Origin: Azolla caroliniana
Taxonomy: Eukaryota; Plantae; Polypodiophyta
DNA length: 64,000 bases
Assembly: GCA_043228905.1 (NCBI GenBank)
Contig: JBHGNT010000004.1
Coordinates: 19,468,001-19,532,000 of the forward strand
Direction: 5' to 3'
Part shown: in pieces, positions 36,601 to 49,150 of the stretch
How positions within the stretch are numbered: position 1 is the first letter of the stretch
Layout of the letters: every line of letters begins with the position of its first letter
The notes under the pieces: generated by a model
Databases searched by the model: none
What the model was told of the DNA's origin: nothing
What the model saw: only the letters and a program-made list of their open reading frames with translations
Program-made: the position numbers and the translations under genes

Positions 36601-39600
36601 GAAGTCACATGCAGGATCGCAGTACTTCATGACGTTCATAGATGACCACAACCGGTAGCTGTGGGCCACACCGTTGAAGACGAAGGATCAGGTGCTATCC
36701 GTCTTCAAAGAGCTCCACGCGAGAGTGGAAAGAGAAACCGGCCGGAAGCTGAAGGCGGTTCGAGCAGATAACGGAGGTGAATACTGGGGGCAGTTCGAGG
36801 AGTATTGTCGCTCGAACAGAATCCGGCTCGAATTTACCGTGCCGAAGACGCCGGAACTAAACGGGCTGGCCGAGAGGATGAACCAGACCATAATGGAGAG
36901 GGTCCGGAGTATGCTGGCGCATGCAAAAAGACCCAGGAAGTTTTGGGCTGAGCCACTATCGACGGCGACATATGTGATAAACAGATCACCCTCAATTCCC
37001 TTGGATGGAGACACGGCACAGAGAGTATGGACCAGTAAGGAAGTATCCTACCGGCATCTGAAGGTGTTCGGATGTCTCGCGTACGTGCATGTAGCTACGG
37101 ACCGGAGAGGAAAGTTAGATCCAAAGACCGGGCCATGCATATTCCTCGGTTACGGCGATGATTAGTTCGGCTACCAAGTGTGGGACCCCGTCGACAAGAA
37201 GGTATTCCGGAGTTGAGATATTATCTTCATGGAGGACAAGACGCTCGCCGACTAGGAGTATGAGAAGAAGGTAATGAACTCCGAGTCGACCGGTAAAGAT
37301 CGATTCTACGATGAGCAGACCCAACCGGCAAGAAACCGGTTAGCACTCGATGAACCCGCCAGTTACGGTGAGGATACCGAACCGGCAGAAGAAGAAGTAG
37401 AGGAAGCTGAAACCGGAACCGGCCAAGACCCCGAATCGGATTTGGATGAAGAGCAAATGGAGGAGCCGGTTACCGAAGCCCTAAGACGGAGATATCCTCT
37501 CAGAGAGAGAAGGGCCCCCCGAAGATTTCCGGATGCAGAGCATGTGTTGCTGACCGATGAGGGAGAGCCGGAAAGCTTCGAAGAAACGAAGGATGACACC
37601 CACAGCCGCAAATGGCTAAGTGCAATGGAGGATGAGATAGATTCCCTGCATGAGAACCATACGTACGAATTGGTGGAGTTGCCGAAAGGAAAGCGGGCAC
37701 TCCGAAATAGGTGGGTGTACAAGTTGAAACTGGGAGATGCCGGCAACCCCCCGAGATACAAAGCTAGGATCGTGGTGAAGGGGTTCAGCAGAAGAAGGGC
37801 GTGGACTTCGACGAAATATTCGCCCCGGTAGTAAAGATGACCTCCATCCAGATGGTGCTGAGTATAGCGGCAAGCATGGACCTCGAGGTAGAGCACCTGG
37901 ACGTGAAGACGACATTCCATCACGGTGGCCTCGAAGAGGAGATCTACATGCAGCAACTGGAAGGATTTGTGGAGAAAGGGAAGGAGCACCTGGTATGCCG
38001 GTTGAAGAAGAGCCTGTACGGACTGAAGCAGGCTCCCCGACAATGGTACCGAAAGTTCGACTCCTTCATACCGATCAAGGGTACCACAAGACACAGGCCG
38101 ATCACTGCGTGTTTGTGAAGAAGTTCGAAGGAGGCGACTTCCTGATACTCCTTCTGTACGTGGATGACATGTTGATCGTCGGACGGGACCAAGCCAAAAT
38201 ACGGATGCTGAAGAAGGCTCTCAATCGAACCTTCGCAATGAAAGACTTGGGTCGAACAGGACAAATGTTGGGGATGCATATCATCCAGAACCGGCCAACG
38301 AAGCAGTTGTAGCTGTCACAGGAAAAATACGTGACAAAGGTGCTTCATCGGTTCAACATGTTAGAAGCGAAACCGGTTGGATCGACACTTCCGGCAAACT
38401 GCAGGTTATCCGGTTAGCAAAGCCCAAAGACGAAAGCAGAGAAGGCGGATATGATGAAGGTTCCATATGCCTTTACTGTCGGGAGCTTAATGTATGCAAT
38501 GGTGTGTACCTGACCGGATATAGGATACGCAGTCGGAGTGGTGAGCCTGTTTATGAGCAATCCCGGAAAGGAGCACTAGAACGTGGTCGAATGGATACTC
38601 CAGTACTTGAAGGGCACTTCAAATATGTGTCTTCGATTCGGCTCCGGAAAACCTCAACTTAACCGTTTTACCCATTCAGACATGTCAGCTGATCTGGATA
38701 CTAGCCGGTCTACATCCGGGCATGTAATGACATATGCAGGGGGAGCTATTTTGTGGCAGTCAAGGCTACAAAAGACGGTTGTGTTGTCAACCACGGAGGC
38801 GGAGTACATGGCGGCTATGGAAGCCGGCAAGGAAATATTATGGATGAAGGACTTCATCGGAGAGCTCGGTATCCGGCAAGATGAATACCGGCTCTATTGC
38901 GACAGTCAAAGTGCCATCCACCTTGCTAAGAATGTGGCCTACCATTCCCAGACGAAGCATATCCAGGGAAGGTATCATTGGATCCGGGAAAGAGTAAATG
39001 ACCAGGAGTTCGCGCTGACCAAGATGCACACGGCCGAGAATGGGTCAGATATGCTGACCAAAGTACTGATACCCGACAAGCTGGATGCATGTCAGAAGCG
39101 GATCGGGCTAGTGAGACATCCCATGCCGGAGTGAAGGGGGAGTTTGTTAGGAAACAGGTCCCTCCAGATGGGAAGTGAGAAGAACAGTGTTGATGAGCAA
39201 ACCGGATGTGGTGTACCCGGCTACGGAAGACCCGGTAAGAACCGGATGACAAGCACCCAACTATAGAAGACCCGGTGAGAACCGGATGACAAGCACCCGA
39301 CAACGGAAGACCCGGTGAGAACCGGATGAGGTGTACCCGGCAAGCGCCGGATGATGAGTACCCGGCTACGGAGGACCCGGTGAGAACCGGATGACGAGTA
39401 CCCAGCAAGAGCCGGATGGTGAAGACCCGGTGAGAAGTGCTCACTGGATGAAGGGACATATTCCTAAATATGTTTCTGAGAGTCCATCGGGACTATATTT
39501 GTAAATAGCGGAAAAGTCATATTAGTATAAATATGACTTAGGGCAAACTGATTAAGGGGGTGGTTGTCATTCTTGTTGGTGCAAGATTAGAGCGCATAAC

Positions 39601-39903
39601 TGTGTACAGAGAGAGAGAGAGAGAGAGGAAGAGGTCACTGCCTCTGTTGTAACCGCCGCCTGTGGCGAAGACAGTGAACAAGAGGTCGTTGCCTCTGTGT
39701 TCATCCATTGTATATTGTTACATAGTGATAGTTAGCAGTCAGTGGACTGCCGTGGTTTTTCCCGTGTTTGGGTTTTCCACGTAAACATCCTATGTACTCT
39801 TCTCTCCTATACGTCTTGCATTCATTCCCCATTTTTCTGTGTTTTATGATTCTAAGCTCCGTTGTGGCCGAGCGTTGTTGATCGGAGCGTGTAGTTCCTG
39901 TCA
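33636..39903 (+). mobile_element. Copia F complex (copia E family): partial RT/RH - LTR - full internal domain - LTR
   Basis: RH fragment 33636-34287, LTR 34298-35058, PBS TGGTATTAGAGC at 35062-35073, degraded gag-pol 35090-39134, LTR 39145-39903; repeat period 4847 bp. Confidence 0.93.
35090..39134 (+). pseudogene. Copia F gag-pol with many stops and frameshifts
   Basis: Colinear with 16079-20126. Confidence 0.92.
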
Positions 39904-40305
39904 CGTACTTCACCTCTATCGATCTTACAGTAGGATATTGGTAGATTCCAATGGACCCAAAAGACACACATAAGACAACTTTAAAAAGATGAAGACGCCT
40001 ATTCCAATTCAACAATATGCCATTTGGCTTATTCAAAAAGGCAACACGTTGCAGGGGCTGGCAAATTCAATATTCGCAAACTTTATCTCTGATGTTATAG
40101 TGCTCGTATACTTGGATGACATTTTAATTCATACTTCCACATGGCCACAACACATTCAAGCATTACAAGCAATTCTACAACGAATACAACAACACAATCT
40201 GAAATTAGAGTGGAAGAAATGCAAATGGGCTAGCACCTAGCTAAATGTTTTGGTCTACATCATTTTATCGAAGGCCTACAAATGGACCCAAAGAAAATCG
40301 AGGCA
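39904..40305 (+). pseudogene. Old Ty3/gypsy RT remnant
   Basis: YFTSIDLTVGYW*IPMDPKDTHKT and VYLDDILIH...NLKLEWKKCKW. Confidence 0.8.
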
Positions 40306-40308
40306 AGT

Positions 40309-40500
40309 TATCTCGGACATTCGTGCGCGTGTGTCGACTTTGGCAGGACCACGAGGGTCTTGGACTATGGAGTAAAAGAGTGCGAAATGAGAGCTCAACC
40401 CTTATGAGCTTCTGAGCACAAAAGGGGAAGAACAATGTATGAAAATTAAAAAGATAAAGAGCTAGACCGAGAAAGAGTTCATCTTCGTCTTAAGTGTATG
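40309..40500 (-). mobile_element. Degenerate LTR U5 fragment related to elements B and G
   Basis: gcgcgtgtgt...ggcaggaccacgagggtcttggactatggagtaaaagag resembles the G LTR at 41280-41340. Confidence 0.45.
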
Positions 40501-41176
40501 GGCTATTGCAAGGAATGGTAGTCTCCTGGGTGTGGTGCATGGCCGGTGGGACTCGAACCCACAATTCATTGATTAGAAGTCAAGTGCCTTATAGCGCTCG
40601 ATTTGGTTACACTGTTAACCACCCTTACTTTGGAATAGATTTTGTGTTACGCTATTATTCATAGGATGGTATTTTCACAATGGATTCAATGTCAAGTTAT
40701 TGTTTATCCTAGTATACAAGTTATGATGAGGAATAGGATCACGGCGTGTTGTCCTTCGTTTTGCAGGATTTACAGGATCCGAACCACCTAGCCCTTAAAA
40801 TAATGTTGAGTGCCTTATCCATTACAGGAGTAGCGCTCCATTTACTTTGGCCACTAATAACCACTTACTTTCGATTGAATTTGGCGTTACCCTATTATTC
40901 AATGTCAGTGTGGTTAATACGCAATGGATTTAAGATAATGTTATTGCTCGTATTGGTGTTTTGTTTCATTCATGTTGCACACCTACTGAAACTCAAATCC
41001 AAAACCTCTTCGTTATAAGGAACGTATCATGCTATTCTGTATTGAATTTGGTGTTACGCTATTATTCCACGTAAATAGGGTTCCTACGGAATGGATTTGA
41101 GATCACATTATTGTTTGTCTTTGTGTAAGGGTTTTTACAAGCAATGGAATCATGTTCTGATGTCCTTAGTGTTATG

Positions 41177-41249
41177 CACACCTGGTGGGACTCGAACCCA
41201 ATATCCCTTCATTAGAAGTCCAGTGCCTTATCAATTAGGCCACAAGCAC
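41177..41249 (-). pseudogene. tRNA-Arg(UCU)-like copy
   Basis: GTGCTTGTGGCCTAATTGATAAGGC...CTTCTAA...GGTTCGAGTCCCACCAGGTGTG with stem mismatches. Confidence 0.7.
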
Positions 41250-41266
41250 TCGATTTGGAGTTACGT

Positions 41267-44200
41267 GGTCGCGTTGTTACGCGTGTGCGTGTAGAAGGGG
41301 CGGGACCACGGGTGTTTCAGACTAGGGAGTAGAGGAGAAAGAATAAGACACAAAATGGAAGCTTAGCTCAAGAGGAGATGAGAAAGAATAAGACAAGAAC
41401 ATAGAATAGACAAAGGCAAGATACTCAACAAGTTCGTTTAAGGAAACATAAACGCTTTACAATGGTGGCTGCCATGGCCGCACCAAACGACTATGAGAAA
41501 ACCCTAGAAGAATAAGCAAGTAGTGAAGTATAGTAAAACCCTACCTGAAACCCTAAAACCGAATAGGAAACCCTTGACCTAAGTGATATTCCTCTCTTCC
41601 TCAAAATAGGCAACCCTTCATAAGTGACCCCTCGCTTCCTTTTATAGCCCAGGGAGGGAGGGACCTTACAATGTGGAATAAAATTTCCCCTCTTATTTCT
41701 ACACACCATTTCCTCGTATACATGTGCACATGTTGCACACCACCAATTTGCCCATTCCACCCCGGTTTCACACTATAGCTGGAAATCTTCACGACATCCA
41801 CCCCCACCAAACTGCACATCCACTGGTATGTGCCAAGAAAGGAAAACGGTGAGAGATTTCGGCGACAGTGATCAACCAGGTCCTTCTCCTTACCGGCACC
41901 CAACCGTCTTGCCGGTCCCTTGCCGGCCCCGAACCGATGGCTCCATCCGATCCGCCATATCCGACGTTCGCGCCTTCTTCTTTGACCGGCCCTCCTGAAC
42001 GTCGTTGTTGACCCGGTTGCTCTCCCTTTGTCCCGCTTGTATGTCCTCTGGATGTGCTCCCGATCTCTCCGATCGCACTCCGGATTTCGCCCTTTGCGTG
42101 TCGCGTATGTTCCTCTAGTTTTATCGTCTCCGCATGCCGAACACCTCGGTGTGTCGACTCCTCCCGCTCCACGCTTGCCTTCCGTAGGCTCTTCCCATGC
42201 GCTGATGTTGTCCCCCGAATATGCGCTCATTCTTTGGCCCTTAGGCGACCTCATTCCGCATTCCTTACTTCTCCCTTGCCCGCCGTGCTCTCTTACCCTA
42301 GAGCGTACCATCATCCCGACCTCCGTGTCGGTGTCCCTTGAGGCTCTCATTACCCCATTACGCGCACCTTGATTCTCCCTTGCTCTTCGTGCTCTCTCGT
42401 AGTAGAGCGTATCGTCATCCCGACCTTCGTGTCGGGGTTCCTCGCGGCTCTCGTTACCGCTTCATCCTGACTCGCATCCTCTTAGCCCGCTTGGCTCCAC
42501 ATGTCCTCCGGGACACCGCTTTTTCTCTCCCCGGTGCATAACTCTTTGCTCTCCGCGCACCATCCTCTGCTCTCATAGTTCATCCGCCGATCCCGGCAAC
42601 TCACCACTTCGTCTCTTGCCGCGTGCTTGCCTCTCAAAGGCTCGATTGGTCCGCTGTTCCCGGTCACTCGTTGCCGCTCTTCCGGGTGCATGCTTGCTTC
42701 TTGCCCCTTTGCCGGCCGTAGTGCATGGTCCGTTTTACGCCGTAGTGCATACTTCGTATTACGCGCCTCATCCACCGTAGACCCGACCTCCGCGTCGGCC
42801 TCTTCTCCCTTCGTTGCCGTAGCCCCTTCCGACCCCGGCTTATCGTCTTAGGCCCACTCATCCATCATTCCGTATCGGATACCCGTTCCAGTATCCTCGT
42901 CTGCTTCGGCTTCCGATTCGTCGCCGCCACCCACCGTCTCTTTGGTCTTACGTCGATCCGCAACCGCCAAAGTCTCAAGGATAGATGTGGAGGGCTCCTC
43001 TCGCTCTTGGCCTCCCACCGAGTCGTACTCCTCGCGCATGCTTGGCCTCCTTCTCGTGCTCACCGGCTCCCACCGGGTGTTGTGGCTCGTTCGCCTCGTC
43101 CTCCAATCATGCCGACTTAGCCTTCGCCCGGATCGGTATCGGCCGATCGAGTTCCGGTTTGGTCGGCTCCCTTCCGTAATCGTAACCAGCCGGTACATGT
43201 TTGTCTGAACAAATCCGACCTTGCCGGCTCTTCTTCGGTTCGGGCCCGGTTGACCGGACCCTGCTCCAATCCTCTTCCGCGTCGTCTTCCGGTCGTGTCA
43301 GATTATCGACCGGTTCATCTTCCGGTCGGGTCGGTTCCCGACTCCCTCCTTTTTGCCGCTCCCGACCTCTCCGTCGGTCCTCTTGTATATGCCCGTTTCA
43401 GGCCTCGCATCCTCATCTTCATACGTGTTCGCTTCGGGCCATGCCTCCTCATGGCCACCGCCCTTCCCTCTGGTCTTATGTTGGCATTCGAGCGCAACCA
43501 CCGTAGTCTCCGGTCTCGGTGTCGAGGGGTCTTTCCTCCGTCCTCTATGACCTTCCTTGTCGTCGTTTCGGTTGTCTGCTTTGCCGCTGCCACCTTCCGT
43601 CTCTCCGGTCTCACGTAGGCTCTTGGGGCCGACCACCGAAGTCTCTAGAATAGGTGTGGGAAAAGTCTCGGTACCATCACTCGTTATGTCCGTAGCCACC
43701 TCTATCCGGACGTCGTTGTTCGTGGCTACCCCGTCTCTGATCGTGGAAGCCTCGATTACGCTTGTTGCCTCATCTTGCTCGATCTCCTTGCCGTCATCTC
43801 GGTTGCCCGCCTTGCTGTCGCCACCGTTCATCACTCTAGGTCTCACACCGGCTCTCGGGCCGGATGCCGGAGTCTCTAGAATCGGTGTGGGTAAGGTCCT
43901 GGCACCACCGCTCGTCTCCTCCCTGCTCGGTGTTTTGGGCCATCGTGTCCCGAATCCTCCGCCCACTCTCGAAGTGGTGCTCCCCGATTCGTAGTCACCG
44001 GCCTCGTCCATGGCCGTCCCCTTTCCGCAAGACGAGATGGTCACTTTCCCTGCACCCTCTCCCACGTCGTCTCCATTGCACACTCTTCCGGCCTCCGTAT
44101 GGGCCCCATCGTCCACGCATAGGGAGGCTTCTTCCTCCACATCCTCGGATCGTCTCCGGCCCGACTCCATAATAAGCCCTTCTTCGGCTTCGATTTTCAC

Positions 44201-45114
44201 CTTCACAAGCTCGCATGCCTCCCGTACCAACGCCTCTAGGTCGTACTGCTCCGGTTGATCGCACGTCGAGCTCTCTTCTGACGGTAGTGCGTAGCCGCTC
44301 ACCGCCCTCTCTTCTCCGCCGCTCGTGGGCCATGTTGTTGCCGACCGCTCCCCATCGGGTTGCCGGCATACCATGCCGGCCGCCACTCGAGGAAAATACT
44401 CTAGCCGCATCGCCTTGCCCACGCCCCCTTTTGCCATCTCGGCCTTGTAGGCTCCCAAAAATTTTGGGACCTCATTCCCATTGAACCGGCCGACTCGATC
44501 GACCACCCTTTCAACGGCTTGTTTAGCCGCATCTCGCTTCGCCATCTTCCGTCTAGCTTCCATCACGATCTTTGCCATCATCTGCTCGAAGTCGAAGTCT
44601 TCTTCCATCTCCATGCTCCCTTACCGCCCTTCACATCGGGTTCACCAAAGATGTCGCGTTGTTACGCACGTACGTGTAGAAGGGGCGGGACCACGGGGGT
44701 CTCGGACTAGGGAATAGAGGAGAAAGAATAAGACACAAAATGGAAGCTTAGCTCAAGAGGAGATGAGAAAGAATAAGACAATAACATAGAATAGACGGAG
44801 GCAAGATACTCAACAAGTTAGTTTAAGGAAAAATAAATGCTTTACAATGGTGGCCGCCATGGCCGCACCGAACGACTATGAGAAAACCCTAGAAGAATAA
44901 GCAAGTAGCGAAGTACAGTAAAACCCTACCCGGAACCTTAAAACCGAATAGGAAACCCTCGACCTAAGTGGTTTGCCTCTCTCCCTCAAAATAGGCAACC
45001 CTTCATAAGTGACCCCTCCCTTCCTTTTATAGCCCAAGGAGGGAGGGACCTTACAATATGGGATATAATTTCCCCTCCTATTTCTACACACCATTTCCTC
45101 GTATACATGTGCAC
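41267..45114 (-). mobile_element. Non-autonomous gag-only LTR element G related to B (no pol)
   Basis: 3' LTR at 41267-41796 with PPT GGTGGGGGTGGA, truncated 5' LTR at 44652-45114, tRNA-Trp PBS at 44630-44647 with the same TCTT spacer as B. Confidence 0.88.
43298..44614 (-). CDS. Gag N-terminus fused to an acidic, low-complexity repeat region (438 aa)
   Basis: AVERVVDRVGRFNGNEVPKFLGAYKAEM aligns with B gag AIEAVVGTIGRFDGKDATKYLASYGAEM; the ATG lies just after the PBS. Confidence 0.65.
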   Translation of the reverse strand: MEMEEDFDFEQMMAKIVMEARRKMAKRDAAKQAVERVVDRVGRFNGNEVPKFLGAYKAEMAKGGVGKAMRLEYFPRVAAGMVCRQPDGERSATTWPTSGGEERAVSGYALPSEESSTCDQPEQYDLEALVREACELVKVKIEAEEGLIMESGRRRSEDVEEEASLCVDDGAHTEAGRVCNGDDVGEGAGKVTISSCGKGTAMDEAGDYESGSTTSRVGGGFGTRWPKTPSREETSGGARTLPTPILETPASGPRAGVRPRVMNGGDSKAGNRDDGKEIEQDEATSVIEASTIRDGVATNNDVRIEVATDITSDGTETFPTPILETSVVGPKSLRETGETEGGSGKADNRNDDKEGHRGRRKDPSTPRPETTVVALECQHKTRGKGGGHEEAWPEANTYEDEDARPETGIYKRTDGEVGSGKKEGVGNRPDRKMNRSII

Positions 45115-45797
45115 CTTATCTATTAAGCCAGAATCACTCCACTTCGTTAAGTTGCTATTCACTAATTACTTTGTATTACATTTGGTATTATCTTATTTAT
45201 CACCGTCGGTTATGTTGTTAATCAACATTACTTTGTAACAGATCACGTGTTACGCTATTATTCACACTATGGGATTTCCGCAATCGATTTATTGTCAAGT
45301 TATTGTTTATCCTATTATACACATTATGATGATGAATGGAATCAGGGTGTGTTGTCCTTCGTGTTATAGGCTTTAGGGGACCCGAACCACCGAGCCCTTA
45401 AAAAAAAGTCAAGTGCCTTATCCATTACGGAGGAGTGTTCCATTCAATGACAGTACATGGTTAATACACGATGGATTTAAGATTATGTTATTGTTCCTAT
45501 TGATGTACGGGTTACGACATGGAATCGGAAGAGTGTTTTCTCTCATTCGTGTTGCACTCCTAGTGGAACTTGAATCCAAAACCTCTTCGTTATAAGGAAC
45601 GTGCATTATCCATTTGGACACAACTATTGGTTATATTGTATATTTAATCGTACTATTTTGTATTCAATTTAGTGTTATGCTATTATTCCATGTAAATAAG
45701 GTTCTTACGGAATGGAGTTGACATCACATTATTGTTTGTCTTTGTGTACGGGCTTTTACAAGCAATGGGATCACGTTTTGTTGTCCTTGCTGTTATC

Positions 45798-45870
45798 CCC
45801 GCTTGGTGGGACTCAATCCCACAATCCCTGTCTTAGAAGTCAAGTTCCTTATCCATTAGGCCACAAGCGA
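45798..45870 (-). pseudogene. tRNA-Arg(UCU)-like copy, degenerate
   Basis: D-arm GGCCTAATGGATAAGG and anticodon loop CTTCTAA retained; T-loop mutated. Confidence 0.65.
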
Positions 45871-46833
45871 ACAACATGGTCATAGTTTTAATCACCGAAC
45901 ATTGAGATAGATTTGGAGTTACGCTACTATTCCCAATATGGCTATTATTGACAATACGGTTGTGACACAAGGTATTTGATGTCACGTTTTCATTCGTGTT
46001 AGTGTACGGTTTTATAACGAAGTTCTTATTGATGTATGTTTTATTATAAGGAAGCAGTTTAGGGCGTGCAATCCTCCGTGTTGTATGCTTTGTGGGACTA
46101 GAACCCATAAAGTCAAGTGCCTTATCTGTTAGGCTAGAAATGTTCCACTTAGTTAGGTTGCTATTCACCAATTACTTTGGATTATATTTGGTATTATCTT
46201 ATTTATCACCCTTGGTCTGGTTGTTACACAATGGATTTGAGATGAAGTGATTGTTGGTCTTCGATTTAATGTCAAGTTATTGTTTATCCTATTGTACAGA
46301 TTATGATGACGAATTGGATTAGGTCGTGTTGTCCTTTGTGTTGCTAGCTTTAGGGAACCCGAACCACTAAGCCCTTATAAAAAATTTGAGTGCCTTATCC
46401 ATTATGCGAGTCACGCTCCATTTAGTTTGGCTACTAATAACCACTTACATTCGATTGAATTTGGCATTACCCTATTATTCAATGTTGGTGTGGTTATTAC
46501 ACAATGGATTTAAGATTATGTTATTCTTCTTATTGATGTACGGGTTACGACGCGGAATCGGAAGAGTGTTTTCTGTCATTCGTGATGCACTCCTAGTGGA
46601 ACTCGAATCCAAAACCTCTTCGTTATAGGGAACGCGCATTATCCATGTGGACACAACTATTGGTTATATATTGTATATTTAATTATATTATTTTGTATTG
46701 AATTTGGTGTTACGCTACTATTCCACGTAAATAGGGTTCTTACGGAATATATTTGAGATAACATTATTGTTCGTCTTTTATGTACGGGTTTTTACAAGTA
46801 ATGGGATCATCTTCTGTTCTCCTTGGTGTTATG

Positions 46834-46906
46834 CACACCCGGTGGGACTCGAACCCACAATCCCTTCATTAGAAGGCAAATGCCTTATCCATTAGGGCAC
46901 AAGGGC
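46834..46906 (-). pseudogene. tRNA-Arg(UCU)-like copy
   Basis: Intact T-arm GTGGG-TTCGAGT-CCCAC with mismatched D and anticodon stems. Confidence 0.7.
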
Positions 46907-48096
46907 TCGATTTGGTTATAGTTTTTATCACCTAACTTTGAGATCTAGATTTGAAGTTACGCTACCATTCTCAATATGGCTATTATTGACAATACAGTTG
47001 TGACGCAAGCTATTTGATGTCATGCTTTCGTTCGTCTTAGTGTATGGTCTAATTTAATGAAGTTCATATTGATGTACGGTTGGTTTATTATAAGGAATAG
47101 GATTAGGGCGTGCAATCCTCCGTGTTGCAGGGTTTGTGGGACTTGTGGGATTGGAACGCATAATCCCTTCATTTCAAGTCAAGTGCCTTATCTGTTATGC
47201 CAGAAGCGTTCCACTTAGATAAGTTGCTATTCACCACTTACTTTGGATTGAATTTGGTATTATTCTATTTATCACCGTCGGCTTGGTTGTTACACAATGG
47301 ACTAGAGATGAGCTTATTGTTCGTCTCAGTGTATGGGTTATCACAAGGAATGCTATCAAGTTTTGGTCTCCTTGGTGTGGTGCTTGGGCAGTGCGACTCC
47401 AACCCACAATCTGTTGATTAGAAATCAAGTGCCTTATAGCGCTCGATTTGGTTACATTGTTAATCATTGTTACTTTGGAATATATTTCGTGTTACACTAA
47501 TATTCCTGGTATGGGATTTTCGCAATCGATTTAATGTCAATTTATTGTTTATCCTACTATATAGGTCATGATGACGAATGGGATCAGGGCATGTTTTTCT
47601 TCGTGTTGCAGGCTTTAGGGGACCCGAAGCACCGAGCCCTTAAAAAATGTTGAGTTCCTTATCCATTATGCGAGGAGCGCTCCATTTAGTTTGGCTACTA
47701 ATAACCACTTACTTTCGATTGTGTTTGGCATTGCTCGATTATTCAATGTCGGTACATGATAAATACACAGTGTAATTAAAATTATGTTATTGTTCGTGTT
47801 GATGTACGGATTGCGACGCGGAATCGGAAGAGTGGTTTTCCTCATTCGTGTTGCACTCCAAGTGGAACTTGAATTCAAAACCTCTTCGTTATAAGGAACA
47901 CGCATTATCCATTTCGACACAATTATTGGTTATACTATATATTCAATCGTGTTATTTTGTATTCAATTTGGTGTTACGCTATTATTCCACGTAAATAGGG
48001 TTCTTATAGAATGTATTTGAGATCACATTATGGTTTGTCTTTGTCTATGGGTTTTAACAAGCAAGGGGATCACGTTTTGTTGTCCTTGGTGTTATC

Positions 48097-48169
48097 CACA
48101 CCTGGTGGGACTTGAACCCACAATCCCTTGATTAGAAGTCAAGTGCCTTATCCATTAGGCCACAAGCGC
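48097..48169 (-). tRNA. trnR-UCU: tRNA-Arg(UCU), the best-folding copy in the array; functionality uncertain
   Basis: GCGCTTGTGGCCTAATGGATAAGGCACTTGACTTCTAATCAAGGGATTGTGGGTTCAAGTCCCACCAGGTGTG; all four stems pair (three G-U in the acceptor); no adjacent oligo-T. Confidence 0.72.
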
Positions 48170-49077
48170 TTGATTTGGTTATAGTTTTAATGATTTAACT
48201 TTGAGATAGATTTGAAGTTACGATATTATTCCTAATATGGCTATTATTGAAAATAGGGTTGTGTCGCAAGGTATTTGATGTCATGTTTACGTTCGTCTTA
48301 TTGTACGGTTTATTATAAAGATGTTCTTGTTTGTGTATGGTTTATTATTTAAGGAATCGGATTACGGCTTGCAATCCTCCGTGCTCTAGGCTTTGTGGGA
48401 CTAGTGGGATTCAAACGCATAATCCCTTGATATCAAGTCAACTGCCTTATAGGTTAGGCAAGAACGGCTCTGCATAGTTAGGTTGCTATTCACCACTTAC
48501 TTTGGATTGAACTTGGTATTATGCTATTTATCACTGTCAGTCTAGTTGTTACACAAAGAATTTGAGATGAAGTTATTGTTTGTCTTAGTGTATGGGTTAT
48601 TACAAGGGATGGTATCAGGCTTTGGTGTCCTTGGTGTGGTCCATGGTCGGTGGGACACAAACCCACAAACCGTTGATTAGAACTCAAGTGCCTTATAGCA
48701 CTAGATTTGGTTACATTGTTAATCACCCTTATTTTTTATTGAAATTGGTGTTGCCCTATTACTCAATGTCGGGGTTGTTAATACACAATGGATTTAAGAT
48801 TATGTTATTGTTCTTATTGATGTCCGTGCGCGGAATCGGAAGAGTGTTTTCTCTCATTCGTGTTGCACTCCTAGTGGAAATCGAATCCGAAACCTCTTTG
48901 TTCTAAAGAACATACATTATGCATTTGGACCCAACTATTGGTTATATTATGTATTTAATGGTGCTATTTTGTATTGAATTTGGTGTTACGCTATTATTGC
49001 ATGTAAATAGGCTTCTTACAGAATGGATTTGAGATCACATTGCAACTGTATCATATTTTGCTATCCTTGGTCTTATG

Positions 49078-49150
49078 CACGTCTGGTGGGAATCGAACCC
49101 ACAATCCCTTGATTAGAAGTCAAGGGCCTTATCCATTTGGCCCCAAGCGC
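49078..49150 (-). pseudogene. tRNA-Arg(UCU)-like copy
   Basis: Anticodon and T arms intact; U8 mutated and acceptor mismatch present. Confidence 0.7.

Noticed and set aside
41250-41267. Element G sits about 17 bp upstream of a tRNA-Arg copy, like Ty3 Pol III targeting
   Set aside because: Compared with other units this flank has lost about 40 bp between gatttgg repeats, no TSD is recoverable, and other insertions show no fixed distance to tRNAs
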